Source: Octopus sinensis (lineage: Eukaryota). From it: DNA of 64,000 bases. The translations under genes and the position numbers were made by a program. Position 1 is the stretch's first letter. Every line of letters starts with the position of its first letter. The stretch covers positions 35,092,001-35,156,000 of the forward strand of contig NC_043007.1 in assembly GCF_006345805.1 (NCBI RefSeq), written 5' to 3'. Positions 1 to 12,299 of this stretch are shown piece after piece. The notes beneath the pieces are model-generated. The model worked only from the letters and a program-made list of their open reading frames with translations, was not told where the DNA came from and made no database searches.

Positions 1-19
1 AGTGCTACATCAGGGCATT

Positions 20-98
<79 letters not shown>

Positions 99-104
99 GT
101 AGTA

Positions 105-158
<54 letters not shown>
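20..158. repeat. (AAT)n microsatellite
   Basis: Near-perfect AAT run. Confidence 0.98.
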
Positions 159-639
159 GATTACGTCATATGTAAAGTAACATAAGCTCTTTTTGAAGCG
201 TTGAAATCTATTGTAGAACAAGTATTGTTGAACAAGTAGAAAGATATATATTTTTCAACACGTTAATACGGAACAGTATATATTTTGGGGATAAAACCTT
301 TTTAAGAGCGTGTATGTGTGTGTGCGTGCATGTGTGTTTGTGTGTGTGGATGTATGTTTATATGAAGCTCTCTCTTTCCTTTTCTTTACTACTTGATTTT
401 CTCTTTATTCCTTCTCATAACTATCTGTAGTGCTCTTGATGACAAACTATATAGTAAGGCTTCATCTAATTGTAAATTTTGTATAATTTGATTCCTTGTC
501 TGAAGAATTTCTAATAGGAAATTTATTACATGTCTATCTAACAGATAAAACTCTCTAATTCCTATTAGTAAACGAAACGTGTGTAATGGTGAATAAATAA
601 CACCAAAACAATTTTTCAACTTTCTCTTTTGTTATATAG

Positions 640-1380
640 GTACATACACACACACACACACATATATATGTGTGTGTGCGAGTGTGTGTGTGTGTGTATG
701 AGTGTGTGTGTGCATGTATGTATGTATGTATGTATGTGTGTGTATGTATGGATGTATGGATGTATGTATGTATGCGTGTATGTATGTATATGTATATATG
801 AATGTGTAAATATATATGTATATATTTATGCATGCGTGTATATGTATATACTTGTATTTTTTGTTTATATATATTTCAGTATGTATAAACAAGTTTCTAT
901 TTGGTTGTGTTAAATATATTTAAGTATATCTTCAAACACACACACACATACGCGCGATTTCTCATACACGCACATATATATACACAGGTGTGTGCATGTG
1001 CTTTTGTGTGCGAACGGAAGATAAGCTGGCAAAGAATGTGTGTATGTATATCTGTGTGTGTATGTGTGAGAGAGAGAGAGATAGACAGACAGACAGACAG
1101 AGACAGACAGACAGAGACAGACAGATAGACAGACAGAGACAGAAAGACAGAGAGAGTGAATGAGAGAGAGAAAAGGGTAGTTAGAGATGGAGAGAGAGAG
1201 AGAGAGTGAGTGAATGAGAAAGAGAGAGTGAGTGAGTGAATGAGACAGACAGAAAGACAGAGAGAGAGAGTGAATGAGAGAGAGAAAAGGGGAGTTAGAG
1301 AGGGAGAGAGAGTAAGTGATGAGAAAGAGGGAGAGAATGAGTGAGAGAGAGAGACAGAGAGAGGGAGAGAGAGCAGACAG
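640..1380. repeat. Compound (CA/TG), (TATG), (AG), (AGAC) microsatellites
   Basis: Visible simple repeats; they explain the overlapping low-complexity ORFs. Confidence 0.9.
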
Positions 1381-1740
1381 AAGCGATCGCAAAAGAAGAT
1401 TTTCGCAAATTTTACTGAATAAATAAAACGAAGATAATTGAAAATTGTAAGATAAATCTCACTGGTTAAATAAAATTATGTTTATCGAAGCTGCAATGTT
1501 GTCATGGTGACTTAGAAATGATATTAATTCGACTGAAATAGTGACAAGATAAACCATCTGCTTCCATCACGTTATCTTGTTTGGTGCTGAAAACGTTGTT
1601 TTTAGTATTTCTGTCAATATGTGGGGGGGGGGAGAAGGGGGTAATGGTATATTCTGTTAAGAACGTAGTAGAGTACTTTATAAAGCTGGTCTACCTTCAG
1701 ATTTCACCCTGTGTTATCCAGTAGTAGTACTATACATACT

Positions 1741-1926
1741 TGATCCGTGGAACAAGCTGCCAGACGAGATGGTAAAGATGCCGACGACCGCTTTGTTCAA
1801 AGCCTCCCTGGACCTCAAGTGGCCTGAACTCTTTACATGAACACCACCCTGTACTTAACTCCATGTCCCCCTACATGGCCTTGCTATTTGCTTTTGAGCC
1901 AAATTAACTAACTAACTTACTAACTA
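1741..1926 (+). mobile_element. CR1-clade LINE 3' end (5'-truncated)
   Basis: Translates PWNKLPDEMVKMPTTALFKASLDLKWPELFT*, matching the CR1 ORF2 C-terminal WNxLP...FKxxLD motif; short 3'UTR and (TAAC)n tail. Confidence 0.8.
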
Positions 1927-2169
1927 CTTCCAGGTTTGTGTTTTGGTTATCTGTCGTGTGTGAATAGATAATTGAGAGAATTTGGAAACAACAAGAAGGA
2001 GTACAGTTTGGACATTTATTTTCAGTCACTACAGTTGTTTCTAAGCAACTTAGTTCTCCAACGTAGTTCACCTGCACGCCTGGAGAACTACGTCGCGTAG
2101 AAACAATTGTAGTGATTGATAATAAATGTCCAACCGTACTCCTCCTTGCTGACTCCAATTTTTTTCAGT

Positions 2170-2232
<63 letters not shown>

Positions 2233-2233
<1 letters not shown>

Positions 2234-2511
2234 TGGAGACGCAATGGCCCAGTGGTTAGGGCAACGGAATCGCGGTCGGAGGATCGTGTTTATTGAACGA
2301 AAACACTTAAAATCTCCATGAGGCTCCGGCAGGGGAGAGGTGGCGACCCCTGTTGTACTCTTTCACTCAACTTTCTCTCACTCTTTCTTCCTGTTTCTTG
2401 AGTAACGCTGCGATGGACTGGCGTCCCGTCCAGCTGGGGTGGGGGGAACACATACGCCATAGAAACCGGGAAACCGGCCCCATGAGCCTGGCTAGGCTTG
2501 AAAAGGGCGCA
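2233..2511 (+). mobile_element. tRNA-Arg-like-headed SINE (octopus OR-type), tail type A
   Basis: Head gcaatggcccagtggttaggg..tcgcggtc; tail gctgcgatggactggcgtcccgtccag..gctaggcttgaaaagggcg shared with 34957 and 58991. Confidence 0.85.
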
Positions 2512-2521
2512 CATATATATC

Positions 2522-2923
2522 TCTCTTTTACTCTTTTACTTGTTTCAGTCATTTTGACTGCGGCCATGCTGGAGCACCGCCTTTAATCGAGCAACTCTAC
2601 CCCGGGACTTATTCTTTTGTAAGCCCAGTACTTATTCTATCGGTCTCTTTTTGCCGAACCGCTAAGTGACGGGGACGTAAACACACCAGCATCGGTTGTC
2701 AAGCAATGCTAGGGGGACAAACACAGGCACACAAACATATACACACATATATGTATATACATATATACGACAGGCTTCTTTCAGTTTCCGTCTACCAAAT
2801 CCACTCACAAGGCTTTGGTCGGCCCGAGGCTATAGCAGAAGACACTTGCCCAAGATGCCACGCAGTGGGACTGAACCCGGAACCATGTGGTTGGTAAACA
2901 AGCTACTTACCACACAGCCACTC
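2522..2923 (-). mobile_element. Major tRNA-derived SINE family A (CORE-like accttgggcaagt, internal TA/TG tract)
   Basis: Near-identical to more than 10 other copies in the window; (aaaagagt)n tail. Confidence 0.9.
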
Positions 2924-2939
2924 TCTCTCAAATATCCGT

Positions 2940-3460
2940 TTCAAATATTGGCACTAGGGAGGCAGTTTTCTGGGGTAGAGTTTAGTCGATTGCATCGACC
3001 CTAGTACTTGATTGTTACTTTCTTTCATCGATCCCCAAAGGACGAAAGGCAAAGTTGACCTCGGCTGTATTTGAAGTCAGGACATAAACCATGTAAACGA
3101 TTCTGCCAGCTTGCCGTCCTGTAAATATTAATAATCCCTATAGGCACATGACCTGAAATTTTTGGGGAAGGGGGCTAATCGATTATAACGATTCCAGTGT
3201 TTAGCTGGTACTTATTTTATCGACCTCCAAAGGATAATAAGCAAGGTTGACCACATTTCAACAACTGGTGATTTTCTTCAAGGCCAGAAGATACTTCATT
3301 ATTAATACTCCCCGCCAAAAAGGCGGTGAGCCGGCAGAATCGTTACCGCGCCGGGAAAAATGCTTAAAAGCATTTCGTCTGTCTTTACGTTTTGAGTTCA
3401 AATTCCACCGTTGTCGACTTTGCCTTTCATCCTTTCGGGTCGATGAAATAATTACCAGTT
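2940..3460. mobile_element. Cluster of decayed Nin-domain SINE (family B) fragments, both strands
   Basis: gactttgcctttcatcctttcgggtcgat motif and its reverse complements. Confidence 0.7.
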
Positions 3461-3799
3461 GCTTGCTTTGTACTAAAATTTGTAACTATTGTTAATACTC
3501 TAAAAGGCACAGGCGATGCTCGCAATTAGAGTATTGCCCTTACAACTGGGACAGAGCTGCTGTTTTACAACGCAGACATTGCGGACAGCATCTAGAAAGG
3601 GTCACCCGACTGATTGGCATTCTATTCTTTATGGTGGTGCTCCATCATGACCACTATATAATTACTGGAATAAGTAAGGGATAGATGATAAAGAGAAATA
3701 TACCAGAGTGACCAACAGCACGTACGTGAACAACATAAACACACAAACAGGTTTACTAAACACCATACAACATAAATTCTGGATTTATGGTGCTGTAAA

Positions 3800-4065
3800 C
3801 ACTTTGAGATGGATTTTGGTATTGTAAAGTGTGCCACCTTGACTATGAAGGGAAGTAGATGTGTATGGAATAGCGGGATTGAGTTGCCTGATGGTGAGTC
3901 GATTGGTGACCCTAAGGATAGTGAATACAAATATCAGGGCATTTTATAGCTGGATAAAGTTCTAAGTGAGAATATGAAAGGAAATGTGAAAGAAGTCTGT
4001 CTAAACAGGTTAGAGCGGCTACTGAAAACAAAACCGAATGGGAAGAAATTGGTTCTCGCTACACC
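3800..4065 (+). pseudogene. R4/Dong-like non-LTR retrotransposon RT fragment
   Basis: FEMDFGIVKCATLTMKG..GIELPDGESI..YKYQGIL*LDKV..MKGNVKE..RLERLLKTK resembles the R4/Dong post-YxDD region (MEFGLDKCA, YKYLG); in-frame stop. Confidence 0.7.
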
Positions 4066-5084
4066 TTGATACAACTGGAATCTGTCCCAGTATTAGGGCA
4101 GATAGCTTCCGACTCATAGCTGTGCTGCCTCTTCTCTTTGTACTTCTTTACCGCTACTATAATGACCTTTGATACTTGGATCTAGCTGGGACCTCCACTT
4201 ATGTGCTCCCTATTCCATTCGCCTCTTTTCCTATTACCCTTAATATACTCCACACTAACGCCTACGCCTAGCCCTTCCTTTCCAGAACGTCATCACTCTG
4301 GAATTCTCTCTCTTCTCATGCATTTCCTGCAGTTATTGACTCACAAAGGTTTAAGAGGTACATCTATGGCACCAATCTCACTCGTTCTAGGTGCAGAATT
4401 GATGGTTACAAAGACCATGGGAATTTATTACTTTTCCTCTAGACAAGGGTCGACAATGCTGGTTCTATGTGGCTATGCAAGGGGTCCATAAACACCTGAA
4501 AGGATTTTGAGCATTACGTGTTCTGAATTATCAAGGAAATAAATCTGGAAGTGTGCTAAAACTCACTAATATCGATGCAATAACTGGTATTCACCAAACA
4601 CAGATTTCACATGAAATATTTCGATTATGTCAATATGGCTGAATTTTTATCGTTCTTTATCAAATTTTAAGTATTTTCATTAAATTTCTGTAAAAGTTTC
4701 GCATGGAAAAAGCGGTAAGGGCACAAAAGATCGAAGAAATGTTTGCTTTTATATTGAGAATTTACTTTTATTTAATTATACTTTTAGTATTATTTCCGAG
4801 ATTTACATGATGAAGGAGTCGATAATTTAACGATTCCATGAATGCATCAATAACAGAAGACGTTTGCCGACTTCTGATCTGGATCCAATAAGTAAAGAAA
4901 GGGAAAAGTGTGTGTGTGTGTGTGTGTGTGCGTGTGTGTGTGTGTGTCGTATATTTGAGCTCATTCTTCCCATTTGTTTCACCCCCCTATTTATAAACAC
5001 ACACACACACACAAACGCACACACGCACATACACGCACACAAACACTCACTCACATGCACACACTCTCTCACACACACACATAT

Positions 5085-5237
5085 ACTCTTTTACTTGTTT
5101 CAGTCATTTGACTGCGGCCATGCTGGAGCACCGCCTTTAGTCAAGCAAATCGACCCCAGGACTTATTCTTATTCTATCGGTGTCTTTTGCCGAACCGCTA
5201 AGTTATGGGGACGTAAACACACCAGCATCGGTTGTCA
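5085..5237 (-). mobile_element. SINE family A, partial
   Basis: 3' half matches family A. Confidence 0.85.
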
Positions 5238-5239
5238 GG

Positions 5240-5800
5240 ATTTTCTGGCAGAAAGTGATGACATGAACAATTTCTAAAGCGAACTTTTCTTCATAATACC
5301 CTTCCGCATAGCGAAAGCAGATCAAATGCCAAGAAAACTGTCGAGTTTGTGGCGAATTAGCCAAGATAATTGAGGAATGTTCTTGTTCTTTAACAAAAAA
5401 AAATATTTGACGTAAATGAAACTGGCCTATTCTGAAAGAAAAATTCTAAGAGAGCTTTTATGTCAAAAACAGAGAGATACAAGAAACGGTTAACGAATCC
5501 AAAACATCTAATGATCGAATTACATTATCATTATGCAATAACGCATTAGATGACTATTAAGAAATCATTATTGATCAGTAGGGTTTTTAATCTACGTGAA
5601 ATCAGGAGGGAATAAAAATACTCACCCAAGTTCATTAGAGTGCAAGTAAAACTATTATGGATGAATGCTGAAATATTCGAAAATTGGTTTTTATTAATAT
5701 TTTGTTCCTGAAGCTGAAATTTATACAAAAGAAAATACAACTGACTTCAAAATTTTATTAGTAATTGCTGATGCCCATCACATCTCTGTGATTTATAACT
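5240..5800 (+). pseudogene. pogo/Tigger (DDE_1) transposase remnant
   Basis: LAKIIEE..IFDVNETGLF*KK..DRITLSLCNNA motifs, with stops and frameshifts. Confidence 0.7.
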
Positions 5801-5805
5801 AGTTA

Positions 5806-6200
5806 TAGGCGCAGGAGTGGCTGTGTGGTAAGTAGCTTGCTTACCAACCACATGGTTCTGAGTTCACTCCCACTGCGTGGCACTTTGGGCAAGTGTCTTC
5901 TACTATAGCCTCGGACCGACCAATGCCTTGTGAGTGGATTTGGAAGACGGAAACTGAAAGAAGCCTGTCGTATATATGTATGTATGTATGTATGTGTGTC
6001 TGTGTTTGTCCTCCTAGCATCGCTTGACAACCGATGCTGGTGTGTTTACGTCCCCGTCACTTAGCGGTTCGGCAAAAGAGACCGATAGAATAAGTACTAG
6101 GCTTACAAAGAATAAGTCCCGGGGTCGATTTGCTCAACTAAAGGCGGTGCTCCAGCATGGCCGCAGTCAAATGACTGAAACAAGTGAAAGAGAAAAGAGA
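5806..6200 (+). mobile_element. SINE family A, full length
   Basis: Head taggcgcaggagtggctgtgtggtaag to tail aaagagaaaagag; agttat on both flanks. Confidence 0.92.
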
Positions 6201-6373
6201 GTTATTGTTCAAGTCCGGTACTTACTACCACTACTACAACACTTATCAAATCATTTGATGAAAGCATAAATTGTAGTTTAAAGACAAACTATATTTACAT
6301 TCGAAGAGAAAATGTATTGGATGATATGGAGGAAATCCAATTTATTGTTTCAGAAATAACGAATAAATTTAAC

Positions 6374-6712
6374 ATTGGGTTGTCCGGAAAGTTCCTGCCG
6401 ATTTCTAAAGGAAAGAAAAAGGTCAATAAATACTTGCCATTACATTTTTAATCAACCTAAATATGAACCATTTTCTTGCACAATGCGTCTCCATCTTTCC
6501 TTTAACTTGAAAATACACTCTTCCAAGAACTAAAGTGGTTTCATGGCAAATAATTCATCAACGTAGCTTTTTACATCATCCAAGGAATTGAAATTTTTAC
6601 CATTAAGACTATTCTGCAGAGACCTGAATAAGTGGAAATCCGAAGGAGCAATATTTGGTGAATATGGAGGGTGGGGTAATACATCCCAGCCGAGTTACAG
6701 TAAACTACCAAG
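6374..6712 (-). mobile_element. mariner fragment (one TIR plus transposase C-terminus)
   Basis: TIR ttgggttgtccggaaagttc and YSP-type motif region; same family as 56199-56763. Confidence 0.85.
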
Positions 6713-6983
6713 TGTATACCATACGACTTATTAACTAACAACACACATACATACATATATACATATACATATATATACATATATATATATATACATACAT
6801 ATACATATATAATACATATAATATATACATATATTATATATATATCATATTATATATATACACATATATATATATCATATATATATATTACACATATATA
6901 TATACATATATACATATATATATACATATATACATATATTATATATATTATACATATATATATATATACACATATATATATAC

Positions 6984-7036
<53 letters not shown>

Positions 7037-7096
7037 CATATATATATACATATATAATACATATATTATATATATACATATATATATATATACATA

Positions 7097-7147
<51 letters not shown>

Positions 7148-7355
7148 CATATTATATATATACATATATTATATTATACATATATATATATACATATATA
7201 TATTACATATATATATATATATATATATATACATATTATATATATATATATACATATATATATATACATATATATACATATATATATATACATATATATA
7301 CATATATATATACATATATATACATATATATATATACATATATATATATATTACA

Positions 7356-7387
<32 letters not shown>

Positions 7388-7563
7388 CATATCTATATAT
7401 ATACAATATATATATATAATATATAATATTATATATATATAATATATATATATATACATATATATATAACATATTATATATACATATAATATATTATACA
7501 TATATATAATAAACATATATATATATGATATTATATATATATATACATATATATATATTATAC

Positions 7564-7594
<31 letters not shown>

Positions 7595-7632
7595 CATATA
7601 TATATACATATATATAAACATATATATAATAT

Positions 7633-7841
7633 AGTTAATCCAAACAAGAAAGCACAAAAAAAAAACAACAACGCGAGGACGTGGAACAAATATAGTATTA
7701 TTGGACGCTCAGAAAAGAAGGAAAGAAGGAGGGTTTAACGTTTCGAGCGGAGCTCTTCGTCGGAAACATAGGAGAAGGAAAGATCCATGAGAAGGGAAGA
7801 AAGAGGGAAAAAAATCGCCAACGGTACACACGAGGTCACAT
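7633..7841 (-). mobile_element. ~210-bp non-autonomous HHR-bearing element (family H1), copy 1
   Basis: Homologous to 27368, 41363 and 58362; embedded in (TA)n. Confidence 0.85.
7733..7767 (-). ncRNA. Minimal hammerhead ribozyme motif (core variant CCGACGA)
   Basis: revcomp GTTT CCGACGA A GAGC tcc GCTC GAAACGTT AAAC. Confidence 0.7.
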
Positions 7842-7858
7842 TATATATATATACATAC

Positions 7859-7889
<31 letters not shown>

Positions 7890-7913
7890 ATATATAATAC
7901 ACAAATATATATA

Positions 7914-7957
<44 letters not shown>

Positions 7958-8287
7958 AAATATTATATATTATATATATATAGATATATATAAAACACAA
8001 ATATATATATATATATATCTACACCAATATATAACACACATATATATATAGTATATATATATATTATATATATATATATATATACATTATATATATATAT
8101 ACACTGTGGTCTCATGAACGGTGTCTCTATTACTTGATCAATCCCAGGGAAGCGTGTAGCCAGATTGTTTATATATATACAAAATCTATTTGCTTCAGAG
8201 AACTAGAACTACAATTTGCATTCTATATGTGTTAACAATAATACATATTAATATACCTATGTCTGTGTATATATAACACACACAGAG

Positions 8288-8362
<75 letters not shown>

Positions 8363-8894
8363 TTTACCGAGATAGACACACATATATGTATACATACATA
8401 TATTCGTATATATATATATATATATATATATATTCATTTATGTCACCTCGTTAGTGCACTCGGTATTACTTTGCCATTGACTTTACTAGAGTTACATTTA
8501 GTCAATCATGATCACACGATGTAATGAACAAGATATTCTCTGGGGAGAGACGGTAAAAAAAATCAATGTTTTGCACATAATGAAACTGAAAGCGTTATAT
8601 TAGCCAATAAGACGTCACTTGCAGCCTGTTCCTAACGTGGCAAATAAATATATAAGTAAATATACAAACAAGTAAATAAAAATGTATAGTACCTGAGATT
8701 AGCTGTGATCAAAGTTTAACGCAAGCGGTTAACTCTAGATGTATGTAAGTATGTGTGTTTGTATAAATATACATATCTTTGTATTTGTATAAAATTAAAC
8801 ATATTGCATTTCTAAATCTCTCAGAGAGACCTATACAGAAGCGGCACGATGAAGTGAGGGTTTGTTGTCACCTTAATGTGTGTAGTCCCAGGAA

Positions 8895-9065
8895 AGGGAA
8901 GAATGCTACTGCTATATAGCCCCAGGAGACACCGTTTCCAGTTGACTATGTGACACAAGCGTTCTGTGTCCTTAAGTTTTCAAACAGGGGAGATAAGCAC
9001 CTTCACCCAGCAAAGCCAGCATTCAAAGAGTAGTTTCTGAGTCGTTGCTCTTCATCAGTCAGAGT
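8895..9065 (-). mobile_element. Diverged relative of HHR family H2 with a degenerate hammerhead
   Basis: tagccccagga..tctgtgtcc block shared with 24375-24430; revcomp CTGATGA A GAG caacga CTC A GAAACTACTC at the equivalent position. Confidence 0.55.
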
Positions 9066-9181
9066 AGCTTGGCTTGCTAGCTGTCGATGCCTATTTGCCT
9101 TTGAAGACTTATAGAATTTCAAGTGATATATATAATATCTATATATATATATATTATATATAGAGAGAGAGAGGAGAGAGA

Positions 9182-9182
9182 G

Positions 9183-9270
<88 letters not shown>
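9182..9270. repeat. (AGAT)n microsatellite
   Basis: Perfect run. Confidence 0.98.
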
Positions 9271-9271
<1 letters not shown>

Positions 9272-9767
9272 CACACCCTAAGTTATAATTTTAATAATTA
9301 TTATTACCTTTGAATGTTTTATTTCCATGCTGGCCACTTGATAAGATCGTTATGTAATTTAAATTAACGATCTTATCCTTATTTATATAGATTTATATAT
9401 ATATACATACATCCATATGCTCCCTGTATAATATATTACATTTTTAGATTTGTAATTACACATATTTTATAAACTTTTATTTTTCATATTTTATATTTTT
9501 ATACATTTATATATCCTTTTATATACTATCATAGTGTTTATAATCTATGAAATTATAATTTTAAAATTCCTTTTTGCAGTCTGAAGGACAACTACTCGGA
9601 CAAAAATCAAGAGTAGTGACTAAAATTACCAAAACTTACGAAATTTATTTCACCACACAGACGAATCTTCAATTATATTAATTATTTTTTAAAATCATAA
9701 TGTCTACTTAGGTATGTGTGATGTGAGTATGTGTGCACAAATATGAACATGTGTATATATATATGTC

Positions 9768-9800
<33 letters not shown>

Positions 9801-9804
9801 TGTG

Positions 9805-10120
9805 TATGCGTGTGGTTTTGAACTGGTTGACCACCCTCCGTATTCTCCTGATTTGTCCCCATCTGACTATCATCCGTTCCCCAACAGGAAACAATTCTTG
9901 ACAGGGAAGCAGTGTCGCATTGATGATGACATCATATCTGCTGATGATGACTTTTTTGACTAAAAGAATGAAGCCTTCTTCACCCAAGGGGTCCAACTAA
10001 TATAAGAAGTTTGTGGACCGCAAGGAGTAGAGGGGTGCTATGTTGAAAAAAACCTCACTTGGTCACATTCCATGAGACTACCTTAGATCGGCCAGTGAAC
10101 TTTTGAACCGAACTTTGTAC
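9805..10120 (+). pseudogene. mariner transposase C-terminal remnant
   Basis: GFELVDHPPYSPDLSPSDYHPFPN..FFD*KNEAFFTQGV. Confidence 0.85.
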
Positions 10121-10151
10121 ATACACACACTCACACATATATGGGCATATG

Positions 10152-10188
<37 letters not shown>

Positions 10189-10254
10189 TATTTTCTAAGT
10201 CTTTATATTTAGCTATAAAATTTTTTCATGTCTTAATATAGAGCTCTCAGCTGA

Positions 10255-10390
10255 ATACACGTCATTGATTGGTTGAAATTACCGAAATAGGACTACTTTG
10301 ACGTGAAATTACTTCGTAAATATAAGTTTTTCCCGAAAATGCTAAGAGTAAAAGATGTTTTATATGACACTTTCTACCATTGTCCGAAGT
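10255..10390 (-). mobile_element. Internal fragment of the MITE family seen at 52084-52514
   Basis: Reverse complement aligns by eye to 52130-52270 (ggtagaa..aaaacatctttt..tttcaaccaatcaa). Confidence 0.6.
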
Positions 10391-11850
10391 TTGAAAGTGT
10401 TTAGTTATTTTTTATCTGTTAGTCAAAAGGTAAAGATCCGGTCTTTTCAAGGTAGATGTCTGGTAAAATTTCAGTGGGATCGCATGACAACTGAGAATTT
10501 TTTTTCATTTTTGAAATTTTAGCTTAAAGATTGATATTTGGCCGTAATTGTAATTATGGCCAGCAAAATGAAAAAAAGTTAAATAATGATAACAATAATA
10601 AAAGAAATCCACAGATATATTAAAATTTAATGAAAGAAACAGTACCGAAAAATTCCATCATATTAAATAATGATACATTTCCTATTTTAATTCGAGTTCC
10701 ACATAATTATGGATCAACCACAGCTACTTCTTCCATTCGACTGATTTCAGATAACGGAAAAGTAAGATCTTTTTTTTTGCTATAGTATTCTCCTTCATAC
10801 TACTCGATTTTTATCGCAAGTTATTTTAATTTGCAACTTAATTTCAAGTTTTTGCGTCATCATCACTGATGAAATTGTAGATAATTATTACACATGAATC
10901 TGCTTTGAGGAATTTCCTTCGACCCAAAACCCACCCACCCGATTTTAAGACGTGTCATGAAGTTCTACTATACAAAATTTAGTGAAACGATAAAGGAAGA
11001 CTTGTTAGCGTTTTACACTCGTCATCGTAAGTTTTCGTAATATGAGTGAACAAAAGCTAGTTATTTTGAAATTAAATTACATGAAAAACATCTGAATTAG
11101 AGCAAAATTAATTATTTAGAAACTGATAAACAATTACTATTAAAATTTATTAGTATTAAAACAAAGTATTTTGTATCAAATTTTGTATAAAATTATTCTA
11201 AATGAACTGATAATAAATTTTATTGATTTTTCGTTCAAAAGTTGGAGTTAAAATTTTATTTGTGCGCTGTACGTCATGTAAGTCGGAAACTAAAGATAAT
11301 AAACATGTTTTTATTCATGAATATTACACGAAACGATAATTCACTGTTTATACAAATAATTGGAGAATATTTTTGTTGTTTTAAATTTAACATGTCACAA
11401 TAAGCTCAAAGAAAAAAAATTATAATAACTCTTTTATAATTCCTTCGAAACGAAAAATAATAGGCTTGAACTGTGAAGGTCCTCAATCAATTCTTTTGTT
11501 GAGTGAGATCTTCGTCGTGGCCTGTTCAAATATTGTCACGGCATTTTCCATTTCTTAATTAAGGGAAAGACAAAATCTCTTGCACAAGGATAAGTATTTG
11601 AATTTATCAATATATTATAACTATTATATACTGAATTATCAATATATAATAAAATAACGATGATGATATAACTGATGTGCTAGAAATTTCTAAGAGTATC
11701 ATGAATTCACTAATAACTCTTTGAGTAAGACGCAATTTCGCACTAATAAGAGGAAATATAAGGTATTCGCAATATGATTCATTCTATTTCCTATTTGCAA
11801 TGTTTAAATAATATAATGAAATTATTGTATACAGTGCTCGGGGTCATGTC

Positions 11851-12070
11851 AAGGCGGCGAGCTGGCAGAATCGTTAACACACCGGGCAAAATGCTTAGTA
11901 ACATTTCGTCTGCCCTTACGTTCTGAGTTCAAATTCCACCGAGGTCGACTTTGCCTTTCATCCTGACAGGATCAATAAAATAAGTACCACTTCAGTCCTG
12001 GAGTCCCTTAAATTGACTTACCCACACTCCAGAAATTGCTGGCCTTGAGCCAAAATTTTGAAACCAATAT
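11851..12070 (+). mobile_element. Nin-domain SINE (family B)
   Basis: aaggcggcgagctggcagaa head; gaggtcgactttgcctttcatcc. Confidence 0.85.
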
Positions 12071-12299
12071 TTAGCCACGTTAGGGGTTTCATCACAGGCT
12101 GGTGAGAACTGCAACTGATACCATGTAAACCAGAACTACCTGTTTCATGACCGAGTGTCGACGACTAAACTGGCTCTCCCCACTTGAGTAACTAAAAGCT
12201 GTCCTGAGGAAGGGAAGACTTTCGCTGTAGTGTTATCAACGCGATGTAAAAGCGTACGATACATGACGACATAGATTTTGCAATATAAATTCACTTTTA

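Larger units (their letters stand above)
6740..8435. repeat. Long degenerate (TA)n/(TACA)n tract, interrupted by a ~210-bp HHR element
   Basis: Visible low complexity. Confidence 0.95.

Noticed and set aside
555-1392. Low-complexity ORFs (YI, HT, CV, SL repeats) here and throughout the ORF track
   Set aside because: They are translations of microsatellites with no domain signal
2696-3004. Recurring ORFs such as RQASFSFRLPNPLTRLWSARG
   Set aside because: Antisense readings of SINE family A, not genes
9578-9630. CTGAAGG plus actactc/gagtagt hairpin
   Set aside because: No GAAA or helix III; probably a dead HHR, not counted
10400-11800. AT-rich stretch with faint integrase/transposase-like words on the minus strand
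   Set aside because: Too decayed to assign by eye
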